Below are positions 47,114-55,974 of a stretch of DNA of 64,000 nt, piece by piece. Location of the stretch: positions 2,215 to 66,214 of the forward strand of contig CAKZUF010000003.1 in NCBI GenBank assembly GCA_937921685.1, in the 5' to 3' direction. The notes under the pieces were generated by a model, which saw only the letters and a program-made list of their open reading frames with translations, searched no databases and was not told where the DNA came from. Position 1 is the stretch's first letter. The number at the start of each line of letters is the position of its first letter. The position numbers and the translations under genes are program-made. Source of the stretch: an uncultured archaeon (GTDB lineage: Archaea; Thermoproteota; Nitrososphaeria_A; Caldarchaeales; Calditenuaceae).

Positions 47114-47186
47114 CAGCCTAAGCAATTTTTCCCGGATCTCCCCTCTGAGCTTCTTTGAAACTGCTTCCCCCTCTATTTTCGAGTCT

Positions 47187-47606
47187 TTAGTCACCAATGA
47201 TGGTCACGAGTATCCGCCTCTCCCTCGCGCGGGTATCATGCTCTATCAGGACTATCTGTTGCCAAGTCCCCGTTGTTAGGGATCCGTTCCTGATGGGGAC
47301 GCAGAGAGAGGGGCCGACTATCGAGGCCCTTATGTGTGAGTGGCCGTTATCGTCTCCCCACCTCTCATGGTGTTTGTAGTAGGCATTTTTTGGCGCTATA
47401 CGCTCCAATGCCGCCCGGATGTCCTCTATAAGCCCCGGCTCATACTCCATGGTTGTCAGCGCAGCTGTAGAACCGACGACGTAGAGGTGAGCGACACCAT
47501 TCTTCACCCCCGACCGCTCAATATAGCCCTCAACCCTCTCAGTTATGTCTACGACGTCGTTTTCACCCCGCGTCCTTACCACTATCTCGCCTGTATAGGT
47601 TGGCAT
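47187..47606 (-). CDS. YjbQ/UPF0047 family protein (secondary thiamine-phosphate synthase-like)
   Basis: About 139 aa from the internal Met (MPTYTGEIVVRTRGENDVVDIT...HLYVVGSTAALTTMEYEPG). Confidence 0.6.
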   Translation of the reverse strand: MPTYTGEIVVRTRGENDVVDITERVEGYIERSGVKNGVAHLYVVGSTAALTTMEYEPGLIEDIRAALERIAPKNAYYKHHERWGDDNGHSHIRASIVGPSLCVPIRNGSLTTGTWQQIVLIEHDTRARERRILVTIIGD

Positions 47607-47643
47607 CTCCGCTCCAGAAAACTTGTAGAGTGGTCTATAATTC

Positions 47644-48594
47644 TTATTCTGAGCCGTATCTTTCCCGAAGCTCGCCACTCGGCAGAAACAGCCTCTCAAG
47701 CTCGGCATACCTACTGATGCCAGCGAATTCGTGGAGGTTCTCGAAGGGTGTGCCTTCGAGCTCGGACTCAAGTCGCCAGTGAGCCGCCTCCATCTCCTCT
47801 GCCAGCCCCTTCAGATACCTCCAGACAGAGACCAGCTCGGCCTGAAGTCCGCCCATGCTCACCAAGAGGAGCTTATACCCCATACTAGCGACATCCCTGA
47901 AACGTAGCCTCCACTTGCTCCTAGACCACTTGAATGACGAGGAGTAGTTGAAGAGGAGGGGGAGGCTTGGATGCTCGGCTAGGACCCTTTCTGCAAAGAT
48001 CTTTGCCGCCTCATCGTCAGGCGACCTGAACTCTGCCCAGACCACGTCGGCTCCAGCGTCAGCATAGGCTATCCCTCTTCTGACAGCCTCCTCAACGGTC
48101 CCACCCTCAGACCCTAGGACATCGGTCCTAGCGATTATGACCAGGTCTCCATCAACTTCGTCCCGCGCCCTCAGAATAGATTTCATCTTCAACAACGCTT
48201 CATCAAACGGGAGGACTAGTTTGCCTGCTAGGTGTCCACATCTCTTGGGAAACCTCTGGTCCTCCACATGTATTCCAGCGACTCCAATCCTCGCGAACTC
48301 TTCCACCGTCCTTGTAGCCGTCACCGCGTTTCCATATGCGTCGTCTGCATCAGAGATCACCGGCTTCCTGACAGCCCTCGCTATCATTCCTGCGAAGTTC
48401 ACCATGTCTGAGAGGTTCAGGAACCCTATATCGGGTCTGAGCAGATATCCTATCGAGCATGAGTAGCCGCTGACGTAGATGCAGTTATGCCCGGCGAGCT
48501 CGGCTAGCCGTGCCTGGACAGGCGTATAAACCCCCGCAGTAAAGACTAGGCCTTCACCCCTCAGCAGGCTTCTTAAAAGTCGGCCGGCCGACAT
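47644..48594 (-). CDS. Isocitrate lyase/PEP mutase superfamily enzyme (2-methylisocitrate lyase / carboxyvinyl-carboxyphosphonate phosphorylmutase-like)
   Basis: 316 aa with ICL/PEPM family motifs (VSGYSCS...ISDADDAYGN...GIHVEDQRFPKRCGHLAGK). Confidence 0.7.
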   Translation of the reverse strand: MSAGRLLRSLLRGEGLVFTAGVYTPVQARLAELAGHNCIYVSGYSCSIGYLLRPDIGFLNLSDMVNFAGMIARAVRKPVISDADDAYGNAVTATRTVEEFARIGVAGIHVEDQRFPKRCGHLAGKLVLPFDEALLKMKSILRARDEVDGDLVIIARTDVLGSEGGTVEEAVRRGIAYADAGADVVWAEFRSPDDEAAKIFAERVLAEHPSLPLLFNYSSSFKWSRSKWRLRFRDVASMGYKLLLVSMGGLQAELVSVWRYLKGLAEEMEAAHWRLESELEGTPFENLHEFAGISRYAELERLFLPSGELRERYGSE

Positions 48595-48696
48595 ACAAAC
48601 GTAATGGGTGGCTGGGCTTGAAAAAGGTTTACATCACTCCTAAGCATGTAAGGATTTTTATGCTGTGTCTGCGGTTTAAGCGGCCGGGGGAGGGTT

Positions 48697-48984
48697 TTGG
48701 AGCTTAGTGAGTGTCAGAGGTTGATGGCGAGAATATACGGCGAGCGGGACGCAGCCCGGGGGGCTGAGAGGACGCTTCTCTGGATGCTCTCAGAGGCCGG
48801 AGAAGTGGCCGACGCCTATATTAAAAACTCTAAAAACATCGGCCCCGAGTTCGCAGACCTCCTAGCATGGATGCTCAGCACATGTAACGTCCTAGGAATT
48901 GACATTCAAGAGGAGTTCATCTCAAGATATGGCGCAGGTTGTCCACGATGCCGGCAAATACCCTGCAGATGCCCCGCTCGCTAG
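48697..48984 (+). CDS. MazG-like nucleotide pyrophosphohydrolase domain protein with C-terminal Cys-rich tail
   Basis: 95 aa. EAGEVADAY / EFADLLAWML helices typical of the MazG/NTP-PPase family. C-terminal CPRCRQIPCRC. Confidence 0.5.
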   Translation: MELSECQRLMARIYGERDAARGAERTLLWMLSEAGEVADAYIKNSKNIGPEFADLLAWMLSTCNVLGIDIQEEFISRYGAGCPRCRQIPCRCPAR

Positions 48985-49163
48985 TCGCGGCTCCTCCTCT
49001 TCACGATCTTGATTCTGCAGAGCAGATAGTCGCCATCCTTGATGTCAAAGATCTTCCTAATCTCTTCTGGAATAGTGATACGTCCTCCCGCAGTCACCTC
49101 TGCGAAGAAGGGCACATCCTCCTCCCTTACCGTTACCTCACCCATCGCATTTACTTTACACAT
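48981..49163 (-). CDS. AbrB/SpoVT (swapped-hairpin) domain small DNA-binding protein
   Basis: 60 aa. GRITIPEEIRKIFDIKDGDYL matches the AbrB/MazE-type looped-hinge motif. Confidence 0.45.
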   Translation of the reverse strand: MCKVNAMGEVTVREEDVPFFAEVTAGGRITIPEEIRKIFDIKDGDYLLCRIKIVKRRSRD

Positions 49164-49188
49164 CGCTCACTTTTTTAATCTTCTCTTT

Positions 49189-50160
49189 TCAGCCAAGGAT
49201 CTCCACCCCCCCGCCTATACCGGACACCAGCACGTCGAAGCCTCCAGCGCGAATCTCCTCCGCAACTCTCTCAGCGTCTTCCGGCAGGGTGTTCACGTAG
49301 ACGGTTGGTCCTGTCTGCATCGAGAAGTAGGCGGCTACACCTTTCCCCCTCAGCCCTTTGACGATCTCTATCACCCGTAAGGATTCCGGCGTCATGAGTA
49401 TTGTTCCCTGGACGCCGGTCATGGTCACCGCGTGCAGCTCAAGCGAGTCCTTCTCCACTAGCTCGCCGAACCTCTTAAAGTCACCGTCTTTAATCGCCTT
49501 TTCCAGCTCTATGCACCGCCTGTTGGCCGACTCCACCCTTGACCATAGGAATGGCGAGGTCTCAGCCTCTCTATGCGCCGTCTCGGTGGAGACGTCAAGC
49601 CAGAGCGGTACTATGACGTATCTTATGTCTAGGTCTGTGGCGTCTCCTATTCTTATGGCATAGCTGTCCTCGTCGCCCGTTCCAGCCAGCCATTTAGCAT
49701 ATGCGCCGATAACTGAGCGGCAGGCCGAGCCGGCCAGCAGCCTCGCAATCCGCGATAGGAGCCTGAGATCCCATCCGAATTTTTTGTCGAGTGAGGCCGC
49801 CTTGTAGGCTGCAGCGGCTATCGCTGCTCCTGCCGAGGAGGAGAAGCCCATGCCCTTCGCCCTTATCCTTGGGTGATTTTCAGCCTCCACGACGCATCTT
49901 TCATCAATACCCGCTAGGGCCCTCACCCTATCTATGACAGCTATGACACGCTCCCGGGGGCGACCCTCAAGCTCGACACCACCCGACAAAACCTTATCAC
50001 TCTCATATGAGCCAAACATTACACGCGCGGTGGTGTATGCCACATCCGTGTTCACTGATATGCTGTCGTGATATGGAATCCTCAGGCTCCAGTCCTTCAG
50101 GCCATGATACTTTACTAGGGCCTGCATAGTGTATGCCCTAGCAACCGCGCCCTTACCCAC
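49189..50160 (-). CDS. GHMP-kinase-family mevalonate (diphospho/phospho)mevalonate decarboxylase
   Basis: 323 aa. MQALVKYHG... and GFSSSAGAAIAAAA (GHMP ATP-binding motif) match the MVD family. Confidence 0.65.
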   Translation of the reverse strand: MGKGAVARAYTMQALVKYHGLKDWSLRIPYHDSISVNTDVAYTTARVMFGSYESDKVLSGGVELEGRPRERVIAVIDRVRALAGIDERCVVEAENHPRIRAKGMGFSSSAGAAIAAAAYKAASLDKKFGWDLRLLSRIARLLAGSACRSVIGAYAKWLAGTGDEDSYAIRIGDATDLDIRYVIVPLWLDVSTETAHREAETSPFLWSRVESANRRCIELEKAIKDGDFKRFGELVEKDSLELHAVTMTGVQGTILMTPESLRVIEIVKGLRGKGVAAYFSMQTGPTVYVNTLPEDAERVAEEIRAGGFDVLVSGIGGGVEILG

Positions 50161-50264
50161 AAATCAGTGATACTCAACCCCTACTATTCATAGTATCCCA
50201 CCTAGCAGGCATTTGGGGGAGGAAGGGCTTTTAACACCTACACTGTACAACTCGGCGAGAAGGG

Positions 50265-50657
50265 TTGGAGAGAGTCAGTGATCCAGGGAGGAAGTATTTC
50301 TATGAGGGTCTTAGCGACTCGGAAAGGGCGGCTTTCGAGGCGGGAATTGCACTGGCCACCGCATATCACTACCTACTCGGCCTTCCGCTACCGAAAAAAC
50401 CCGCCTCAATTAAAAAGCTGCTGGCCCATCTGAGCGAAGGACTTGCCGCCCAGCCGTTTAGGGAGAGAGTTGAGGTGAGGGTTAAAGAGCTGCGTATCGG
50501 GAAGTCCGCCTACAGGTACGGGCGCATAGACCCTAGGAACATTGAGGTAAGCGTTGTAGTCCGATATGGTCGGAGCAGGGTCTGGGGGAGGCTTAGCTGG
50601 CTGGAGGAGCTGAACTACCCCCTCATGAGGATTGAAAAAGTAGTTCGTAGGCAGTAG
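50265..50657 (+). CDS. Hypothetical protein
   Basis: 130-aa ORF with no recognisable motif. Confidence 0.3.
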   Translation: MERVSDPGRKYFYEGLSDSERAAFEAGIALATAYHYLLGLPLPKKPASIKKLLAHLSEGLAAQPFRERVEVRVKELRIGKSAYRYGRIDPRNIEVSVVVRYGRSRVWGRLSWLEELNYPLMRIEKVVRRQ

Positions 50658-50686
50658 CAGTTCTAGCTCCATTATAGCCTTGTAGA

Positions 50687-50830
50687 TTAGTGGCTGCAGA
50701 GCAGGTCGGAGTCGCCGGCCATCTTCTCGTAGCACTCGTCGCAGAGTGCTTGGCCGCGATACATGTTGAGCCGCTTCACGGCCGCTCCACAGCGTGAGCA
50801 GACCCTATAATTCTCCGAGCCCATCCTCAT
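50687..50830 (-). CDS. Small zinc-ribbon protein (47 aa; CxxC-N14-CxxC), unannotated in the ORF track
   Basis: Hand translation of the reverse strand: MRMGSENYRVCSRCGAAVKRLNMYRGQALCDECYEKMAGDSDLLCSH. A TATA-like box (gcttatatg) lies about 20-30 nt upstream. Confidence 0.3.
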   Translation of the reverse strand: MRMGSENYRVCSRCGAAVKRLNMYRGQALCDECYEKMAGDSDLLCSH

Positions 50831-50901
50831 TTAGCAACAGCGCCCCGACATATAAGCTGCTACCTCTCACACAACTAAGCTGAAATACGTTTGGAGGAAC
50901 T

Positions 50902-51828
50902 CTATCTGTTCGCCCGGACCATTTGGAGAAAACAGTATCTAGGAAACTCGCGTAGGATTTTCTTGTAATGCGCTTCTACAGGCATCACAGCCACGAGATT
51001 GTCTATTTCCCTCAGCGTCTCCTCCAGGATTTCCGTCATATATCCCTGGAATCCACTGAGGGCTCTCCACATGCTTATGAGTTCTCTGAGACGCCCACTC
51101 CTTAACGCGAAGTATCCCTGCCTTATCAGCTCCTCAACCCGTCCCAAGTTCCTTATCAGTCTAACAACACCTCTACCAGAGAGCATCTCGCCGTAGTCGT
51201 CGCCGAGCTGGTAGACTATGCCGACGCACCGACCGTAGTTCTTTGCGAGCATGCGTACGTTTTCAGGCACCCCTGCCAGTATGGCGGCGGACTCGGCAGC
51301 GGCAGCGAAGAGGGAGGCGGTCTTATTTTCAATGATTCGCAGATAGAGCAGCTTAGACGGCGGAATGGTCGAGAGTATCTCTTCCAGAACGCCGAGCGAG
51401 GCCTTATCCCACGCCTCGAGGAAGATCCTAGAGATCTCGAGACCCTTCTCGAGAACTGTCCTGAATGCGAGGTTAATGATTCTGTGACCCTCAACTATGG
51501 CCCTGCTGATCCCCACCTGTCTCCACAGGGCCGGCTTCCCTCTCCTAAGGTCGTCCCAGTCGATGATGTCGTCGTGAACTAGGCTCGCTGCGTGCGCCAG
51601 TTCTAAGGCGAAGGCGACATCGAGGGCGGACTCCCGGTCTTTACCGGCAAGCGCCTCGAAGACCAGCAATAGGAAGATGGGCCTTAACCTCTTTCCGCCG
51701 TAAATAGCCCTCTCCAGAATTTGCCTATCAGGCCTCTGGCTTAACCGCCTTTCAATCCAAGATTCAAGCTCCCTCCTCTGTGCGTCGAGATGTTCGACGA
51801 TGTCTACACTGTAAGACAGCATCCCCAT
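50902..51828 (-). CDS. Geranylgeranyl diphosphate synthase (trans-prenyltransferase)
   Basis: First DDxxD (LVHDDIIDWDD) and second motif (QLGDDYGE). Confidence 0.8.
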   Translation of the reverse strand: MGMLSYSVDIVEHLDAQRRELESWIERRLSQRPDRQILERAIYGGKRLRPIFLLLVFEALAGKDRESALDVAFALELAHAASLVHDDIIDWDDLRRGKPALWRQVGISRAIVEGHRIINLAFRTVLEKGLEISRIFLEAWDKASLGVLEEILSTIPPSKLLYLRIIENKTASLFAAAAESAAILAGVPENVRMLAKNYGRCVGIVYQLGDDYGEMLSGRGVVRLIRNLGRVEELIRQGYFALRSGRLRELISMWRALSGFQGYMTEILEETLREIDNLVAVMPVEAHYKKILREFPRYCFLQMVRANR

Positions 51829-51899
51829 TACGCTCGGTCCAAGTATACAATTCTTAGTCCTGTAATAAAGCTAATGCTTCAATGCGAAGCTATATCAAG

Positions 51900-52340
51900 C
51901 TATGATACGTACTGCATGATCATGTTCTTAAATTTTTGCTTTGGCATGGCACCAACTATGGCATCAACCGGCTTCCCGTCCTTGAAGACTATGAAGGTCG
52001 GTATACTCATTATCCCGAACCTAGTCGCAGTAACTGGGTTATAGTCTACGTTGAGTTTTCCGAAGACCACCTTTCCAGCCATCTCAGAGGCCAGCTCCCT
52101 TATCACCGGAGCCATGAACCTGCAGGGGGCACACCACTCAGCCCAGAAATCAACCACTACGAGCGGGTATCTACTTACAAACTGGTCAAATTCCGCGTCA
52201 CTCAGCTCAACGGGCTGGGTTGGATAGTCCCTAACACTTGAGACTTCCGATGGATTCCGCCCACCCTGTGAAAGTAGTTCCCTCATCTTCCGCGCCTTGA
52301 TACGCTCGAGCTCGGAGTCGTCTATCACCACAATCCACAT
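51900..52340 (-). CDS. Thioredoxin
   Basis: WCAPC active site (FWAEWCAPCRFMAPV) in a thioredoxin fold. Confidence 0.75.
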   Translation of the reverse strand: MWIVVIDDSELERIKARKMRELLSQGGRNPSEVSSVRDYPTQPVELSDAEFDQFVSRYPLVVVDFWAEWCAPCRFMAPVIRELASEMAGKVVFGKLNVDYNPVTATRFGIMSIPTFIVFKDGKPVDAIVGAMPKQKFKNMIMQYVS

Positions 52341-52459
52341 TTTACTCCGTTGTTTTATTTAAAGGCGATTCCTCCACCTGCGTGCGTTCGAGTTTGGAAT
52401 ATACTTGATTTATGGTGGGATAATTAATGGATAAGTAGGGGTTTCAGCCCTATTAATTC

Positions 52460-53377
52460 GTGAGGGTCGTCTCGCTAGTTCCCAGCGCCACTGAGGTACT
52501 GTTTACCCTAGGTGCGGGTGATGACGTTGTTGGAGTTACCTATGCCTGCGACTATCCACCCGAGGCCCGGACAAGGCCTATAGTCGTCTCTCCTAAGATT
52601 GATACGCGTGGCCTATCATCGAGGGAGATTGACAGAATTGTTTCCGAGCTTTACGCCAAAGGGGAACTACCTTACGTCGTTGACAAACGACTATTATCGG
52701 TGCTTAGGCCTAGCGTGGTAGTCACGCAGGGGCTCTGCGAGGTGTGCGCTGTCACTCCTGGCAGCATCGAGGAGGCAATCAAAGACATACGGCCAGTCCC
52801 AAAGATCCTAACACTTCACCCCCACTCGATCGAAGACATGCTCACAGATATTTTGAAGATCGGTGAGGCTGTGGGGAGGGTCGAGGAGGCAAGAGAGCTG
52901 GTTGCCCAACTCCGCGAAGAAGTGCGCCGAATAGCTGAGAAGACGATTAGACTTGAGAGGGGGAGGACTTTCTTTATGGAGTGGGTGGACCCGCCGTATT
53001 GCTCAGGACATTGGGTGCCCGAAATGGTTGAGCTCGCTGGCGGGGTTGATTTAGGCGTCAAGGGAAAGCCTAGCAGGCGGGTTACGCCCGAGGAGGTTTT
53101 GAGGTTCAGTCCAGAGTTAATAATTTGTGGGCCGTGCGGATACGGTCTCCAAGAGTCCTACCGCGACGCTAAGCTATTGATGGGTGAGGACTGGGTTAGA
53201 GAGACGCCTGCATTCATCAACGGAGAAGTCTACGCGGTCAACGCATCCATATACTTCAGCAGACACTCACCCAGCACAGTAAAGGGGATATCAATACTTG
53301 CAGAGATCATACATCCAAAGGAGTTCCGAGGAGCAGCGCCACCAAACTCGTTTGTTAAAGTAGGAGCAATAGATTAA
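52460..53377 (+). CDS. Periplasmic-binding-protein (BtuF/FecB-like, cluster A-2) family protein with no evident signal peptide
   Basis: MRVVSLVPSATEVLFTLGAGDDVVGVT matches the cobalamin/siderophore binding-protein N-terminus. Confidence 0.55.
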   Translation: MRVVSLVPSATEVLFTLGAGDDVVGVTYACDYPPEARTRPIVVSPKIDTRGLSSREIDRIVSELYAKGELPYVVDKRLLSVLRPSVVVTQGLCEVCAVTPGSIEEAIKDIRPVPKILTLHPHSIEDMLTDILKIGEAVGRVEEARELVAQLREEVRRIAEKTIRLERGRTFFMEWVDPPYCSGHWVPEMVELAGGVDLGVKGKPSRRVTPEEVLRFSPELIICGPCGYGLQESYRDAKLLMGEDWVRETPAFINGEVYAVNASIYFSRHSPSTVKGISILAEIIHPKEFRGAAPPNSFVKVGAID

Positions 53378-53407
53378 ATCCAAACGTGGGATTATCAGGC
53401 TTGGGAG

Positions 53408-53971
53408 ATGAGGCTGAGGCCTACAACCCTCATGTTGGCTATTGAGACGACAGACCCACATCCAGACAAGGGCCGGCTGATATGCATCGCGTATAAAGAG
53501 CTCTTAGAGGAGAGGGAGAGGATCAGAGTTGTTAGGAGCTCGGCCGGAGAGAAGGCAGCCCTAGCCTCCCTCGAGCAGGTGTTGAGGGGGTGCCACATTT
53601 ACATTAGCTGGGGTGGTGAGACCAAGATCGTGCCATTCCTCACAGCCAAGATGCTAGTCCATGGAATAGACCCTTCACCATTACTTGCCGCGAGGCACAT
53701 AGACCTCTACAGCCTAGTTTCAAGCCGCTTAGGCTTAAGCACCACCAGCCTCTACGAGGTGTGTAGGTTTTTCAGGGTCCCGGTAAGCCCCGTCCTTAAG
53801 ACGGCCAGACCACTCGGATCAGGAGCCGGTCACCGAGCTCCAAACGCCCAGGAGAGACTGGGAGAGGCTACGGCAAAATGTAGGGCTGAGGTCACCGCTT
53901 TGGATAAGTTGACGAGGAGGTTTGTTCCCCTATTAATGGCCGTCTACAGTGACCTTCCTACTCTACTTTAA
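53408..53971 (+). CDS. Hypothetical protein (possible RNase H-like/DnaQ-like fold with altered Exo I motif)
   Basis: LMLAIETTD resembles the DnaQ Exo I box FDIETTG, but the first Asp is replaced. Weak. Confidence 0.3.
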   Translation: MRLRPTTLMLAIETTDPHPDKGRLICIAYKELLEERERIRVVRSSAGEKAALASLEQVLRGCHIYISWGGETKIVPFLTAKMLVHGIDPSPLLAARHIDLYSLVSSRLGLSTTSLYEVCRFFRVPVSPVLKTARPLGSGAGHRAPNAQERLGEATAKCRAEVTALDKLTRRFVPLLMAVYSDLPTLL

Positions 53972-54143
53972 TGCCATGCTCCTCTAAGGCCTTTCTTATC
54001 TTCCTTACCTCCTCCTTGAGCAACATTACTTCCCGGACAAGCCTCTCTATGTCGGAGGGCATGATGATGCCGGGTCCCTGAAGCCCCCTGACGCCTAAAT
54101 CGTCCCGCCTAAGCATCAAACCAATATGCACTACCCACGTATA

Positions 54144-55388
54144 TTAAGTCTCGCCCAGAACGAAACTCCCTCCGTTATAGGTGAGGGCCCGCACCCTCTC
54201 GGCCAGCTGGGCGGGAGTTGTTGCTTTAATCTCTAAAAAGCCATCTCTATATTCTAATAGCTCTACCCGGCCCTTCTCGCGCAGCCACGCTATGAGCTGT
54301 GGGCTTGCCTCCATTAATGGAATCCTCGCAGTGAATGTGACGAAGCCTGAAAGCATAGAGTCTATGGTCTTCTCGAGGAGGTCTAGATTCTCGCCCGTCT
54401 TAGCCGATATAACCACTGCGGGATATGCTCCATCAACCATCCCGATAAGTTTAACCCGCTTCTCAGGCGGTATGAGGTCAGCCTTATTAAACACCAGCAC
54501 TATTGGCTTGTTAACTACGCCTATCTGCCTCAGCGTGGAGAGAGCGACATTGAGGCGCAGCCTCACCTCCTGTAGAGGGAGAGAGCCATCAACCAGCAGT
54601 AAAACAATGTCCGACTCAACAACCTCCATCAAAGTCGACATAAAGGCTGAGACAAGCATGGCTGGAACATTCTTTATAAAACCTACAGTGTCTGAGACGT
54701 ATACAGGCTTCCCCATGATTCTCGCGACTCGTTTCTTGGTTGAGAGAGTTGTGAAGAGCTTATTCGATATCTCGGCAGGATAGCCTGTAAGTCTCTTGAA
54801 GAGTGTTGACTTACCGGAGTTCGTATACCCGGCAAGCGCTATTGAGGGAGTGCCGTCAAGCCTGCTTCGTCTGATGGAAATGGCCTTCTTCGTTTTTATC
54901 TTGTCAAGCTTCTCCTGTAGCTTCTGTATCCGCCTGCTGATCTCCTCGTAGTATACGTCAGCCTCATAGGCGCCTAGTCCGTGGAATCCAGGCTGCTCCC
55001 CCCTCTTCGCCAGCCTGACCTTCTCCTTAGCCCGTGGAAGCTCATACCTCAGCTCAGCCAGCTTTATCTGGAGTTTAGCCTCAAGGCTTGAAGCGTGGAG
55101 AGTAAAGATCTCTAAGATTAGCCGGATCCTGTCGATAACCTCGACACCCAGCGCCTTGGCTAAATTGTACTCCTGTACGGGCTTCAGCTCGTTCTCGAAG
55201 ACGACCTTCTCTATGCCTAGCCTTTTCACCGCCTCAGAGAGCTCCTTCACCTTGCTGGGCCCGATGTTGTACTGGCTGTGGGGATGCCGTTTCTGGGATA
55301 GTTCATAGACGACCTCGTATCCAGCTGTTTCACAGAGCTCCGCCAGCTCCTCCAAGTTAGGCTCCTCGTCATCCGAGTATCTATGCAC
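54144..55388 (-). CDS. hflX: GTPase HflX
   Basis: 414 aa. HflX N-domain, G1 GYTNSGKST, G3 DTVGF, G4 NKAD. Confidence 0.8.
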   Translation of the reverse strand: MHRYSDDEEPNLEELAELCETAGYEVVYELSQKRHPHSQYNIGPSKVKELSEAVKRLGIEKVVFENELKPVQEYNLAKALGVEVIDRIRLILEIFTLHASSLEAKLQIKLAELRYELPRAKEKVRLAKRGEQPGFHGLGAYEADVYYEEISRRIQKLQEKLDKIKTKKAISIRRSRLDGTPSIALAGYTNSGKSTLFKRLTGYPAEISNKLFTTLSTKKRVARIMGKPVYVSDTVGFIKNVPAMLVSAFMSTLMEVVESDIVLLLVDGSLPLQEVRLRLNVALSTLRQIGVVNKPIVLVFNKADLIPPEKRVKLIGMVDGAYPAVVISAKTGENLDLLEKTIDSMLSGFVTFTARIPLMEASPQLIAWLREKGRVELLEYRDGFLEIKATTPAQLAERVRALTYNGGSFVLGET

Positions 55389-55514
55389 TATCGCGACCCT
55401 TCTTCCACCGACCTGCGAGTCACATCACCCTTCTCAGACCCCAGTATGTGGAGTGCACCATCAGGTTATTTAACCTGTCACCCAATAGGGCACGCAGAAT
55501 CAATAAAGAGCTGA

Positions 55515-55883
55515 CTACTCTTTCTTCTCGCTCTTAGAGGAGAGTAGGTCCCCCAGCGTTACACCTCTCTGCAATGTCTTGGGTGGGGTGATGTGTATGT
55601 CCTCGTCCCTCAGCTCCCTGACTATACGGATCTTGAGGGTCTTCTCTAGGTTCCTCGCTAGCTCTATGGGTGGTTTGAATGAGCCGGCCTCAAGCTTCTT
55701 TATTATGGAGACTTTCTCGTGGACTAGGTTGGCCAGCTCTTCCTGTGTCAGTCCAAGCCTCTCGCGGGCAGAGCGTATAACTTCGCCGAATCCCTCTACG
55801 AAATCAATCCTCTCGACTGTTTCGAATATGTTTGCGCTGCGCCCCCTCGATATCTGTCTAGGAGGTGTTTTACGTTTCTCCAC
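55515..55883 (-). CDS. HTH XRE-family transcriptional regulator (aMBF1-like HTH, no zinc ribbon)
   Basis: RERLGLTQEELANLVHEKVSIIKKLEAG is a classic XRE HTH. Confidence 0.5.
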   Translation of the reverse strand: MEKRKTPPRQISRGRSANIFETVERIDFVEGFGEVIRSARERLGLTQEELANLVHEKVSIIKKLEAGSFKPPIELARNLEKTLKIRIVRELRDEDIHITPPKTLQRGVTLGDLLSSKSEKKE

Positions 55884-55974
55884 AAGAATTCTATTCTCTC
55901 CATTGGATATAAACCTCGCTGAGGAGGTTGGGCCTAGCGGATTAGAGGCTGGTGGAAGACCGGGGCAGATGTAG

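Noticed and set aside
47644-47771. Overlap between the 194-aa YjbQ ORF and the PEP-mutase-family gene
   Set aside because: The YjbQ family begins at the internal Met (MPTYTG, ending at 47606). The upstream 55 codons of that ORF are low complexity and overlap the neighbouring gene, so the overlap is an ORF-calling artefact.
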